From: a virus
Virus record (IMG/VR): IMGVR_UViG_3300003878_000001
Coordinates: 1 to 64,000 of that record
DNA length: 64,000 nucleotides
Strand: one strand, 5' to 3'
In this document: in pieces, positions 1-8,353 of the stretch
Layout of the letters: each line of letters opens with the position of its first letter
Numbering within the stretch: position 1 is the stretch's first letter
Made by a program: the position numbers and the translations under genes
Notes under the pieces: generated by a model
What the model saw: only the letters and a program-made list of their open reading frames with translations
Told to the model about the DNA's origin: nothing
Database searches by the model: none

Positions 1-293
1 AAATTCTAAAATTAATTTACAACAGTTTTTCTACGAGTTTTCAATGGTTTCAGCCGATTAGAGTTTATTGCTTACTCCTTAGCTTATCGAGATAGTGTAT
101 ATATTTATAATAATTTATACATATACAAGAGTAGAGTATTTAGTAATAGGTGTGACAGTTGTACCAATCTGTTGTTCTCTTGATGCGTAGCATGTTCTTT
201 GTAATTGGTCTGCTGAGCTTTGCTCACATAAAAAATAGACCCTCACCAATAGGCAAGAGTCTAAGGAGTGTATATTCAAAAGTTGTTACATTT

Positions 294-331
294 ATGATAA
301 CCAGAAAAGAGTAATAAAGTCTACCCAGTAT
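294..331 (-). promoter_or_regulatory. promoter-like element: ATACTGGGTA box, 22-nt spacer, TATCAT -10, reading leftwards
   Basis: Minus-strand reading of 322-331 is ATACTGGGTA and of 294-299 is TATCAT. The same 10-mer with 21-nt spacing to TATAAT recurs at 23704-23740 and 33816-33852. Confidence 0.4.
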
Positions 332-363
332 GGTCATTCCTTTAGTTTGATCGTTAGATAGGT

Positions 364-576
364 TTAACCGACCTCGTAGAGAGGCATCCAGAAATCTTGT
401 TCAAACTCTCGTCCAGTTGAACGCAATGAGGGAATTTGGAAACCCTTCAGATTTTCCTCAAGAAGAACTTTTTCTAGTCCCTCTAAAAGAGGTAGATGTT
501 CAGCCGCTTTCTGTCCCATGATTTTTTCAATCATCGTTTGAGACAATACTTTATAGCCTAGCGAATTAGTGACCAT
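364..576 (-). CDS. hypothetical protein (70 aa)
   Basis: Minus-strand ORF in the dominant gene direction. No motif recognised. Confidence 0.45.
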   Translation of the reverse strand: MVTNSLGYKVLSQTMIEKIMGQKAAEHLPLLEGLEKVLLEENLKGFQIPSLRSTGREFEQDFWMPLYEVG

Positions 577-673
577 TGATCCCTTTTTGTTTGTGTTCTC
601 TTATTGTAGCAAATGAATCTGTAAAAACATATGGCATATGAGAAAAGATTTGACCTATTGTTGAACAAATCTT

Positions 674-724
674 CTCGCATTACTATAGTTTATACTATCG
701 TTTTTTTAATGAAATAGTTAAACT
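674..724. repeat. quasi-palindromic intergenic repeat, copy R1 (GCGAG box at left end)
   Basis: CTCGCATTAC-TATAGTTTAT...TTTTTTTAATGAA-ATAGTTAAACT, the same building blocks as the copies at 8354, 34553, 34797, 45967, 53257 and 63070. It overlaps the 3' end of ORF 695-1057. Confidence 0.6.
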
Positions 725-1057
725 TTGATTGGCTTCGATAGAGTTGTAATAATCGGTTTTCAGATGAATAGCACATCTATTTGTTCGCAAATTGTTATCA
801 ATAGGAACAACAAAGAGTCCAAAGTAACACTCATAGTACTGACGTACCATTGCAGCGTCTTGAGTTTCACCATCAACCAATACAAGCCATTCTTCAGCAT
901 CTAATTTCCAACCCTCAGGAAAACCATTTACAATGAATGGAGCATTCTCAAAGGGCAACAGCTTGACCTGTTTACCCCTTTGTTCGCCTACGATAGCTCC
1001 ACTCTCATCATATATATGATCAGTTTTTTCATCAATATATAAGTTGAGATGTGTCAT
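695..1057 (-). CDS. hypothetical protein (120 aa)
   Basis: ATG at 1057, 3 nt after the stop of the upstream gene. No motif recognised. Confidence 0.5.
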   Translation of the reverse strand: MTHLNLYIDEKTDHIYDESGAIVGEQRGKQVKLLPFENAPFIVNGFPEGWKLDAEEWLVLVDGETQDAAMVRQYYECYFGLFVVPIDNNLRTNRCAIHLKTDYYNSIEANQSLTISLKKR

Positions 1058-1060
1058 TAA

Positions 1061-1438
1061 TTAGTCTCCTGTAATAGAAATAGGATTACTATCGTTAGTA
1101 ACCTGTTCTGTTTCATATCCAAGTTGTGTTTTTACTTGAGAGGAAACTTTAGAATAGACACTTTTCAATTGGTCTGTGCTACGACCGGAACGAATTTGTT
1201 CCACGGCATAACCAAATAGACGTTTTCCAAAAAGAACGTAATTAAGTGTTTCAGAATACGAGCATTTTTCAGCGGGAAGAATGTATTCACCTTCAGCTTG
1301 AGCAAAATTGGCTGTGGTTTCATCTGTCAATCCATTAGCGTCTTCAATGGCTCGTACACCAGAAGTCTCTAACAAGTCACGAATGATGACAAATGCACCA
1401 ATATGAGCAAGGGTAAATACGGTTAAGTCAGTAATCAT
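1061..1438 (-). CDS. hypothetical protein (125 aa)
   Basis: Minus-strand ORF tightly packed with its neighbours. Confidence 0.5.
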   Translation of the reverse strand: MITDLTVFTLAHIGAFVIIRDLLETSGVRAIEDANGLTDETTANFAQAEGEYILPAEKCSYSETLNYVLFGKRLFGYAVEQIRSGRSTDQLKSVYSKVSSQVKTQLGYETEQVTNDSNPISITGD

Positions 1439-1450
1439 TGTTTTTCAGTT

Positions 1451-1927
1451 TTATTGTTTTAGGAGGAGTGTATCATACTCTAGTGCTGCAATCTCTTTCT
1501 CAATTTCTTTTATGTTGTTTTCAAGATTATGCTTAGTTTTACGAAGAACAGAAATTTGTTCTTGAGCCTCTTGAGATTTTTTAAGATTTCTTTGTTGTTC
1601 GTGAATTGGCTCACAAGTATGTGTGTACCAAATTGCCCCAAAAACATTATCCTTAAAGACTTTAATATCACGAACAAAATTGATGGCATCCTCCGCCATT
1701 TGTTCACATTCTTTAGTGGGATCTGTCATTTGAACAGGACAAATTGTAGAGATTACAACACCATGACCATCAATCACATCAAACCAACCAGAATACTCAC
1801 TAGATGGTTGAAAACGATACCCATAATCTTTTGATAGCATCATTGCTGCATCATAGATTTCACTAAGCTCAGTTTTAATCCGATTAGCAAGCTCTTGACG
1901 GGCAGCGAGTACTTTAGGGTTGGTCAT
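1451..1927 (-). CDS. hypothetical protein with C-terminal coiled-coil-like region (158 aa)
   Basis: Minus-strand ORF with a heptad-like C-terminus rich in Glu, Lys and Leu. The ORFs at 1510-1707 and 1529-1834 lie inside it and are treated as spurious. Confidence 0.5.
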   Translation of the reverse strand: MTNPKVLAARQELANRIKTELSEIYDAAMMLSKDYGYRFQPSSEYSGWFDVIDGHGVVISTICPVQMTDPTKECEQMAEDAINFVRDIKVFKDNVFGAIWYTHTCEPIHEQQRNLKKSQEAQEQISVLRKTKHNLENNIKEIEKEIAALEYDTLLLKQ

Positions 1928-2017
1928 GTCTTTTTCTTAACTCTACTCTTTTATAATGACATAATTTAATCCCAATTGTAACCGTATAATTACTTATTTA
2001 CAATTGGGATTGGTTAA

Positions 2018-3955
2018 TTAGCCGTCACATCCTGCACAATCAGGATCAGAGGTTGCCCAACCCTCATGGATAGGTTCAACAGAATTTGATACTTTTATCG
2101 TATCTTTATATAGGTCATATAGATCTGTAAATCCTCCAATTAGTTCGCCATTTTTGAAAATTTGTGGTACTCTTCCGGTTTCTTGTACTACCATAGTAGG
2201 ATTAAAACCAAATCTATTTAATAAATCTTTGGCTTTATGACACCAAGGACAATCAGCCCTATAATTTATTACCCAATCAGGTTTTTCTTCTTTCAAAGTA
2301 GTAGGTCTTCTATTGTTTAACTCATTGTTACTACGAACATAATAAAGAGATTTCAATCCTTTTTTCCATGCAACAATATGTAGTTTAGCAATTAGACTTG
2401 CATCAGCATCATGACCAATGAAAAGGTTAACAGATTGTCCTTGATCTATATACTTTTGACGGTCAGCAGCTTGTTGAATGATAGTGAATTGGTCAATCTC
2501 ATGAGCTGTCTTAAACACAGACAAATCTTTATCAGATAGATCAAGATGTTGAACAGAACCATTAGCTTTTTGAATGCTTTCCCAGATTTCCGGGGTATCC
2601 ATATTCAAATAAGATAGAACTCTTTTTAGATGCTTATTTTTGCGAACAAAAGTACCTTTGGAACCTGAATAAACATAGTAATTAGAGTGAATTGGTTCAA
2701 CACCAGCACTACCCGCATTACAAAGAACAGAATTAGTAAGTGTTGGAGCAATAGCCATTTTTACAACGTTTCTGTGCTTACTCTTTATACACCATTCAGG
2801 GAATCCTAGCTTTTCTGCCAACCATTTTGAAGCTCTTATTGTTCCTTTTTCGATAGATTGAACTATCTCAATATTTGCTTGCATTGATTCGGGAGAATTA
2901 AATGCCCAACCTTTTGACTGGTAATAAGAGTGTAACCCCATATATCCTAATCCTAAAGCTCTACCTTTGATGGCAGAACGAACAGAATTTTCAAATCCTG
3001 GCAATTGGAATGCCTTATCAATGAATTCTTGACAAACACCATCTAAGAAGATTGTTGCCAATTCTACAGCAGTAAATCCAGAATCCCCGATCCAACGTTG
3101 CCATTCATCAAATTTATCTGCATTCATAGAAGATAGAACACAAGTAAAAGAGTGCTTTGAATCGGAAGGCTGAAAAATCTCAGAACAAAGATTACTCGCA
3201 ACAATATCAAGAGCCAATGCCTTAAAGTCTTCTGGCTTGTACCTATTGGCTGTATCAATGAAGACAATATAGGGTGAACCCGTTTGAAGTCTTAGACGTA
3301 GAACTTTTGAAAAGAGTCTTCCTGCTTCGGCATCACCTGCCAAAATCTTTTCCATAAACTCATCTGTAATTGTAATACCAATATTACACTTTAACTTCTG
3401 AGTTTGATCTCCACGAGATTTATCACGAGCATCTAAAATAAGATCAATATCTCGATGTTCAATTGAAATATATAAGGCAATGGCTCCACGTCTGACACCA
3501 CCTTGATTTACTGTATCCGCCACCTTATCATAAACTTGTGCCCATGATGTAACAGGTGAAAGACCAATTAAATCATCTAACGATACAGATGTACCACCAC
3601 CCATTTTTGACAACATTGCCAATTCATGAGCTGTTGTAAAAATACCGTCAATAGAGTTTTCAGGAACAGAACCAAAACAGCTAACTGGCAAGCCTCGATC
3701 CGCCTCTTTAGGTGTATTGAAATTAGATGCAACTGGTGAAGCAGGGGATAGCCAACCATTTGATAGAATATAGAACAAATCATTTTCAATAGCATCAATG
3801 TTTAGTCCTGGTACAGGGTATAGTTGTCTTACACCACCGCTTGCAAGACGTTTATACATTTGATTAGGTGTTTCATTCTCTAAAAGATACCCACTTTTTA
3901 ATGTTGCATACCCTTCTTCTGAAATCCAATTAGGGGAATCGGGAAACTGTGTCAT
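2018..3955 (-). CDS. nrdA: class I ribonucleotide reductase alpha subunit fused to a C-terminal glutaredoxin/NrdH-like domain
   Basis: Start taken at ATG 3955. The ORF-track extension to 4042 begins at TTG and runs through a GGTTATAAT promoter-like box. Motifs present are LPVSCFG, ASNLCSEI (Asn-Cys-Glu site) and the LYYVRS tyrosine pair. There is no N-terminal ATP-cone. The last ~87 aa (2018-2281) contain CPWC in a thioredoxin-fold-like context and a terminal CAGC pair. Confidence 0.9.
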   Translation of the reverse strand: MTQFPDSPNWISEEGYATLKSGYLLENETPNQMYKRLASGGVRQLYPVPGLNIDAIENDLFYILSNGWLSPASPVASNFNTPKEADRGLPVSCFGSVPENSIDGIFTTAHELAMLSKMGGGTSVSLDDLIGLSPVTSWAQVYDKVADTVNQGGVRRGAIALYISIEHRDIDLILDARDKSRGDQTQKLKCNIGITITDEFMEKILAGDAEAGRLFSKVLRLRLQTGSPYIVFIDTANRYKPEDFKALALDIVASNLCSEIFQPSDSKHSFTCVLSSMNADKFDEWQRWIGDSGFTAVELATIFLDGVCQEFIDKAFQLPGFENSVRSAIKGRALGLGYMGLHSYYQSKGWAFNSPESMQANIEIVQSIEKGTIRASKWLAEKLGFPEWCIKSKHRNVVKMAIAPTLTNSVLCNAGSAGVEPIHSNYYVYSGSKGTFVRKNKHLKRVLSYLNMDTPEIWESIQKANGSVQHLDLSDKDLSVFKTAHEIDQFTIIQQAADRQKYIDQGQSVNLFIGHDADASLIAKLHIVAWKKGLKSLYYVRSNNELNNRRPTTLKEEKPDWVINYRADCPWCHKAKDLLNRFGFNPTMVVQETGRVPQIFKNGELIGGFTDLYDLYKDTIKVSNSVEPIHEGWATSDPDCAGCDG

Positions 3956-4013
3956 GTTTTTGTTTATTAATGTTCCTCTATTATAACCTAGTCCAATACT
4001 AAAAAGATACTGA

Positions 4014-4292
4014 CTATAAAATAGTCTTATATCGGGACTCAATCAGTCTATATTTTGTTGTCCCCCAACCGTCAAGATAATTCTCATCCAGTTGACGAAC
4101 ATAACGGAATAGTTCATGTGTACTATCTACTTTCTGGTCTAAACCTAATTCTGTTGCTTTATCCCAAGCATCTTTTATAGCTTTTTCCAGTTTTCTTTTT
4201 TCACGTATAGCAATCATCTTGTCACGAAAGTTTGCAACACCCCAGATTACCGATTCATCGTAAGTATCACATGTTCCAATTAATGTATACAT
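4014..4292 (-). CDS. hypothetical protein (92 aa)
   Basis: Minus-strand ORF. Its start overlaps the stop of the upstream gene. Confidence 0.5.
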   Translation of the reverse strand: MYTLIGTCDTYDESVIWGVANFRDKMIAIREKRKLEKAIKDAWDKATELGLDQKVDSTHELFRYVRQLDENYLDGWGTTKYRLIESRYKTIL

Positions 4293-4486
4293 TTTTCAAA
4301 CCTATTAACTAACTTATTGTTTACTATCACTTTTTGTATAAACATTGAATAAGGTCTAACCCAAGTATTACCTAATTCATCAGAATATATTGCAAGAAGC
4401 TCTTGAGTCTCAGTGTGTCTTCCAATGAAATGAACAAAATATTTTGTACCCTTATAATGCCGATATGTTGTACGATTTACAATCAT
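4280..4486 (-). CDS. DUF1653-like small protein
   Basis: YRHYKGTKY...HTETQELLAIY...WVRPYSMF pattern. ATG 4486 forms an ATGA overlap with the DHFR stop. An alternative ATG lies at 4498. Confidence 0.55.
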   Translation of the reverse strand: MIVNRTTYRHYKGTKYFVHFIGRHTETQELLAIYSDELGNTWVRPYSMFIQKVIVNNKLVNRFEKCIH

Positions 4487-4974
4487 CGCTTCACCCATTT
4501 ATAACATTCAAGTTTTCCATATTGAAATAGCTTGTCTTCCTTTTGAAATTGTTTTTCAGGGTTCCAAAAAGTATCACAAGGAGAATAGTTAAACGTAGGA
4601 TTATGCATAATGATTGCCTCATCTGCAAAATGTGCCCAATTTTCCAGCAAAGAAGCACCACCAATTAAAAATATGTCTCCAGGTAAATCTTGGTACATAT
4701 TAAGGAATTTCAATAACTCAGATCCACACATTGAAGACCATTGATCCCATTTTCCAATGTTATCTTTTCGAGAACTGGACAAGTAAATAAGTCTTCGTCC
4801 ATTCTCAGGTACATTACGCATTGATTCAGCCGTATGTCTGCCTGCAATTAGCGTAGATCCTTGTACAGATGTTAACAACTTAAAAAGTTGATAGTCCAAG
4901 GGATCTTTATAAATGGTTTTTCCTTCATACCCTAATTCACCATTAGGGCCAACGTTCAGAATTATTTTAATCAT
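4483..4974 (-). CDS. folA: dihydrofolate reductase
   Basis: MIKIILNV, LIAGRHTAESM, GRRLIYLSS, IFLIGGASLLENW and DTFWNP are collinear with E. coli FolA motifs (VIMGRHTWESI, GRKNIILSS, VIGGGRVYEQF). Confidence 0.75.
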   Translation of the reverse strand: MIKIILNVGPNGELGYEGKTIYKDPLDYQLFKLLTSVQGSTLIAGRHTAESMRNVPENGRRLIYLSSSRKDNIGKWDQWSSMCGSELLKFLNMYQDLPGDIFLIGGASLLENWAHFADEAIIMHNPTFNYSPCDTFWNPEKQFQKEDKLFQYGKLECYKWVKR

Positions 4975-5452
4975 AATTGTTTTGTATCTCTTGATATCTA
5001 ATTAGCGTGATTGCTTTCATGTAATCGGAATTTTCGTCATGATTGACAAGTGTATATCTATTGTCAAGTATTGTTCTTAGTTTAGTTGATGAATAGTTCA
5101 GACCAATATCTGATTCAAGCTTCTTAACAATGACTGCCTCATTAACTACATTTAATCTTATGGCGGTTTCCGCTAGACTCGCGTTATCGAGTGCAACAAA
5201 TAATGTAGATTCTGAAAAACCTTTTATGGTTGTGATATTAGACCAGCGTGTAAAGTCAACACGAAGTAGTTCATCCGCAGTCAATAGGCAAGTAAAAGCA
5301 TGAACTCTAAGATACCAATCAGCCGCTTTAGAATTTTTCTTTGACGTAGATAAGGCTACAGTCACCCGTTCACAACTTTTTAGAGCACGTTTAATTAATG
5401 AAACATGACCTTCATGAGGAATATTAAAACGACCAATTACTAAACCAAACAT
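4967..5452 (-). CDS. nucleotidyltransferase of the HxGH/cytidylyltransferase superfamily, NMN adenylyltransferase-like
   Basis: N-terminal GRFNIPHEGH (GRFxPxHxGH as in NadM/NadR NMNATs) and C-terminal SSTKLR (ISxTxxR-like). Confidence 0.6.
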   Translation of the reverse strand: MFGLVIGRFNIPHEGHVSLIKRALKSCERVTVALSTSKKNSKAADWYLRVHAFTCLLTADELLRVDFTRWSNITTIKGFSESTLFVALDNASLAETAIRLNVVNEAVIVKKLESDIGLNYSSTKLRTILDNRYTLVNHDENSDYMKAITLIRYQEIQNNYD

Positions 5453-5549
5453 TTAACATTACCGTTAACTGATTCTATTATACCAATTGACAATGATCAT
5501 GTCAATAGGTTATATATTAAATAATGAGTTTAAGGATGATCTAATCTAT

Positions 5550-6704
5550 ATGGCTACCAAACCTAAATGTGCTAAGGAGAACTACCCTTGCGAAGGCCCT
5601 AAAGGTACCGCTTGTATCAGTAGATCTAAAAAATGCAAAGGGAAACCTAGTGAGGAATCTCAAAAAAATGCTACCAAGTTAAAGGAAACCGTTGCTAAAG
5701 CCAAAGAACGGAAACCTAAAACAGATGAACCAGAACAGAAAAAAGAAGTTGAAAACGTCAGTCCAGAACAAGCAGGCGAAGAACTTAAACAAGTTGCTAA
5801 AGCTGGTCAAGCAAGTTTTCTTGGTGGAGAAACAAATGAATTAGCAATGGTTCAAGCAGTCAACAAAAAAATTGGTGTAGAAACTGATTCAGAAATCACA
5901 GACAAGATTGAAGCCAATCGTCAACTTCTTGGTGATAAGAATACAAATGAACGTATTCGACAAGCTGAGGACATGATTAATAAGTCTCTAGATTGGGCAA
6001 AGGCAAACGGTTTTGAAGGTAATGTAACTGGAGTTGTTTGGACGGCTAGACCGGGCTCTATGGCGGCTGCTGGTATCTCTGGACAAGACGGCAAAGCTAT
6101 CACCCAAGCAAAACACCCTGCTGATGTTGTTCTCCAATTTGATGACGGTAAAAATCTTGGTCTATCTGCTAAATCCACATTAGGGAAATCAGACATTACA
6201 TTTAAGAACAGAGGAGCGGGTACTCTTGGTAGTTCTTTAGGTGTAGATTTATCTGCTGCAAATAATAATGCTATGAACAGATTCACACAAGAAAATGGTT
6301 TAAGCTCATCTTCTAAAGAAAGAAAAGCACAAATTAGAGCTAATCCCGATCTAGTATCTAGTGCAAATGCTGCTAGAACTCAGGCATTAGGTGAAACTCG
6401 TGATACATTATTAAACAGCATCAAAGACCGTGGTGGAGATTTTCTAAGAAGTGAATTCCTTGATACAGATGATCAAGGTTTACGATACATTAAAGTAACG
6501 GGTACTTCTGGAGATTCAAGAATCAGTGACCCCAACGATAATAGGATTACACGAGCTATTGCAAGTGGTCAACCTATTTCTTATGAACCCAAAGGAAACG
6601 ACACTGTAAACGTTATTATTGGTGGAGAAAAAGTGTTTGGCATTAGAGCAAAAGCAGCCGGTCAAGCAATGGCATCATCAATTAAATTTGACGTTAAAGC
6701 ATAA
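5550..6704 (+). CDS. unknown protein, paralog 1: Cys4 plus Lys/Glu-rich N-terminus and a PD-(D/E)XK-like core
   Basis: Plus-strand ORF. The start is ambiguous (TTG 5487, ATG 5493/5499/5550). It shares blocks with 6767-7666: GGETNELAMV, VVWTARPG, KHPADVVLQFDDGKNLGLSAKS, FKNRGAG and LRYIKVTG. Confidence 0.6.
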   Translation: MATKPKCAKENYPCEGPKGTACISRSKKCKGKPSEESQKNATKLKETVAKAKERKPKTDEPEQKKEVENVSPEQAGEELKQVAKAGQASFLGGETNELAMVQAVNKKIGVETDSEITDKIEANRQLLGDKNTNERIRQAEDMINKSLDWAKANGFEGNVTGVVWTARPGSMAAAGISGQDGKAITQAKHPADVVLQFDDGKNLGLSAKSTLGKSDITFKNRGAGTLGSSLGVDLSAANNNAMNRFTQENGLSSSSKERKAQIRANPDLVSSANAARTQALGETRDTLLNSIKDRGGDFLRSEFLDTDDQGLRYIKVTGTSGDSRISDPNDNRITRAIASGQPISYEPKGNDTVNVIIGGEKVFGIRAKAAGQAMASSIKFDVKA

Positions 6705-6766
6705 AATATACCCCATAGGTTTTTCTCTATTATATTTGATATGATGGAGAAAATTATGGTAAAGTT

Positions 6767-7666
6767 ATGAAAGTTTCATCCGGTTCAAAGGGAGCATTAG
6801 GTGGAGTCGCCACAGAATTAGGTGTAGTAGCAGAAATGAACCGTATTCTTAAACTACCTGTTGACCCTGTTGTACATGAAAAGAGAATAAAAGTCTCAGA
6901 AAAGATTGGTGACGATTTTTGGTATCGTTCGGAACAATCTTTTTCTATTGCAATCGGTGTTATGTGTTGGATGCAAACCAATTACTACACAGAAAAAGTC
7001 AAACAAATAGTTTGGACTGGCCCTAAAGGAACATTTTCAAAATTTGGAATTTGTGAAAAACATCCGGCAGATTTGTTAATTCTTTTTGAATCAGGAAACA
7101 AAATTGGAGTTTCAATTAAAAGCTCCACGACAAATGGATCAAAATTAAATTTCAGGAACAGAGGAATCAGCAGCCTATGTAATGATATGGGTTGTAATTT
7201 TGTCTCAAAGAAAGCTCAATTGTCTGAGGAAAGATTTCTTCAAATCTACCACTGTTCAACCCGTAAAGAATTACTTATTAAACAGAAAAATGATATAAAT
7301 GTATTACGTTCTAGTAAGGAGTATGGAACAAAAATATTGCAACAAGTTAGATGGGATCTATTGAATTTCTTTTCATGTTGTTCTATAGAAGAAAACAAAC
7401 AAAAACTATTAGATTGTTTCCTGAAATTTACAAATGATGATTTAACTTATATCAAGGTGACTGGACTCAAAACTAAAGCTCCTATTATTGAAAACCCTCT
7501 TGATAATAGAGTCATCAATTTATTAAAGAATTGCAATAACTTAACCTTTGAATCAAGTGGTAAATATGTTATCAAAGTTAAAGCCGACAATGAAAACATT
7601 ATCGACCTGTCACCCAAATATTCTAATCAGAAAATTAGCACTGGAATAATTGTTATTGCCCGCTAG
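6767..7666 (+). CDS. unknown protein, paralog 2 of 5550-6704 (PD-(D/E)XK-like core)
   Basis: GGVATELGVV, IVWTGPKG, KHPADLLILFESGNKIGVSIKS, FRNRGIS and LTYIKVTG are collinear with paralog 1. Confidence 0.6.
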   Translation: MKVSSGSKGALGGVATELGVVAEMNRILKLPVDPVVHEKRIKVSEKIGDDFWYRSEQSFSIAIGVMCWMQTNYYTEKVKQIVWTGPKGTFSKFGICEKHPADLLILFESGNKIGVSIKSSTTNGSKLNFRNRGISSLCNDMGCNFVSKKAQLSEERFLQIYHCSTRKELLIKQKNDINVLRSSKEYGTKILQQVRWDLLNFFSCCSIEENKQKLLDCFLKFTNDDLTYIKVTGLKTKAPIIENPLDNRVINLLKNCNNLTFESSGKYVIKVKADNENIIDLSPKYSNQKISTGIIVIAR

Positions 7667-7925
7667 GAAAATCAAACACATCAATTTCATCAGCTATAAA
7701 TTGTGATGTTTGTTGTATGGAGAGGTGACCTCCGTATCGTTGACCCATCTCTCTAAACATTGAATTTCCATTTGCATTTCTACATCTAGCTTCCGGCTCT
7801 AAATTAGTAGCACATTCTTGACCGTAGGCTCTAGCCATTTGATCTAAAGTCATCTTCCCATCAAAATGTTGCAATGTTCTGCCTAGAACAATTTGCATTT
7901 CACCGTGAGTCATCTCATTCTTCAT
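7653..7925 (-). CDS. hypothetical protein (90 aa)
   Basis: ATGA overlap with the upstream kinase-like gene. Its 3' end converges on 6767-7666 with a 14-nt overlap. Confidence 0.45.
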   Translation of the reverse strand: MKNEMTHGEMQIVLGRTLQHFDGKMTLDQMARAYGQECATNLEPEARCRNANGNSMFREMGQRYGGHLSIQQTSQFIADEIDVFDFPSGQ

Positions 7926-8350
7926 CTTAAAAATCTCCGTTTGATTACCTTTAATGATTCATCATCGTTTCGTCTCTCAGGATCAGGGAAAATAGTTGTA
8001 CCTGCTCCCCAATCAATTATCTCAACACCCTCCTTTGTTAACATTACATTGGTTCCACCTGATAAATCATTATGATGTAAACCATTGTCATTTGCCAATT
8101 GAACTTTCTCTTCCAATTCGTTATATTGTTCTTCAGTTAAACCTTGATTTTGCCAAACGGTTTTACCCTTGACTTTTCTCATGGTCAAAGAATTATGGCT
8201 GTGATCTAGGACTTCAGGAGAAATTCCTAGTTCAGCGGCTTCAATCTGACATTGAACCTCATTCTCTCCTAATTGTCCTATTTTCGTTACTGTCCCATCA
8301 CCTTGATCATATACTCTTCCATGACCACCTTTACCAATTGATTTCCACAT
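7922..8350 (-). CDS. minimal protein-kinase-like protein (142 aa, Bud32/RIO-like)
   Basis: G-loop IGKGGHGRVY, Lys in TVTKIG, catalytic loop HHNDLSGGTN, DFG-like IIDWG. Confidence 0.6.
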   Translation of the reverse strand: MWKSIGKGGHGRVYDQGDGTVTKIGQLGENEVQCQIEAAELGISPEVLDHSHNSLTMRKVKGKTVWQNQGLTEEQYNELEEKVQLANDNGLHHNDLSGGTNVMLTKEGVEIIDWGAGTTIFPDPERRNDDESLKVIKRRFLR

Positions 8351-8353
8351 ATT

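Noticed and set aside
1510-1834. ORFs 1510-1707 (minus) and 1529-1834 (plus) inside gene 1451-1927. Similar nested or antisense track ORFs occur at 3577-3798, 5921-6286, 6754-6981, 7893-8075, 8837-9028, 9112-9408, 9120-9314, 9859-10348, 11780-12010, 12609-12882, 14555-14782, 16654-17351, 18955-19158, 20634-20819, 22734-23132, 25316-25534, 26364-26558, 27143-27325, 28715-28936, 29411-29653, 31034-31231, 32709-33133, 35360-35605, 36603-36812, 38785-39109, 39747-39938, 42268-42603, 42730-43154, 43635-43817, 47668-47922, 48159-48410, 52575-52841, 53628-53828, 56128-56409, 57306-57497, 57881-58099, 59391-59618, 61423-61665, 61985-62275, 63076-63294, 63421-63675 and 63612-63836.
   Set aside because: Each lies within or antisense to a longer ORF that has recognisable motifs or consistent packing. 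Their translations are low-complexity and rich in Phe, Leu, Ile and Ser, as expected from off-frame reading of AT-rich coding DNA. None has an SD.
3956-4042. N-terminal extension of nrdA to the track start at 4042.
   Set aside because: That start is TTG, the extra 29 aa have no RNR counterpart, and the segment contains a GGTTATAAT promoter-like box. ATG 3955 gives a protein starting at the conserved region.
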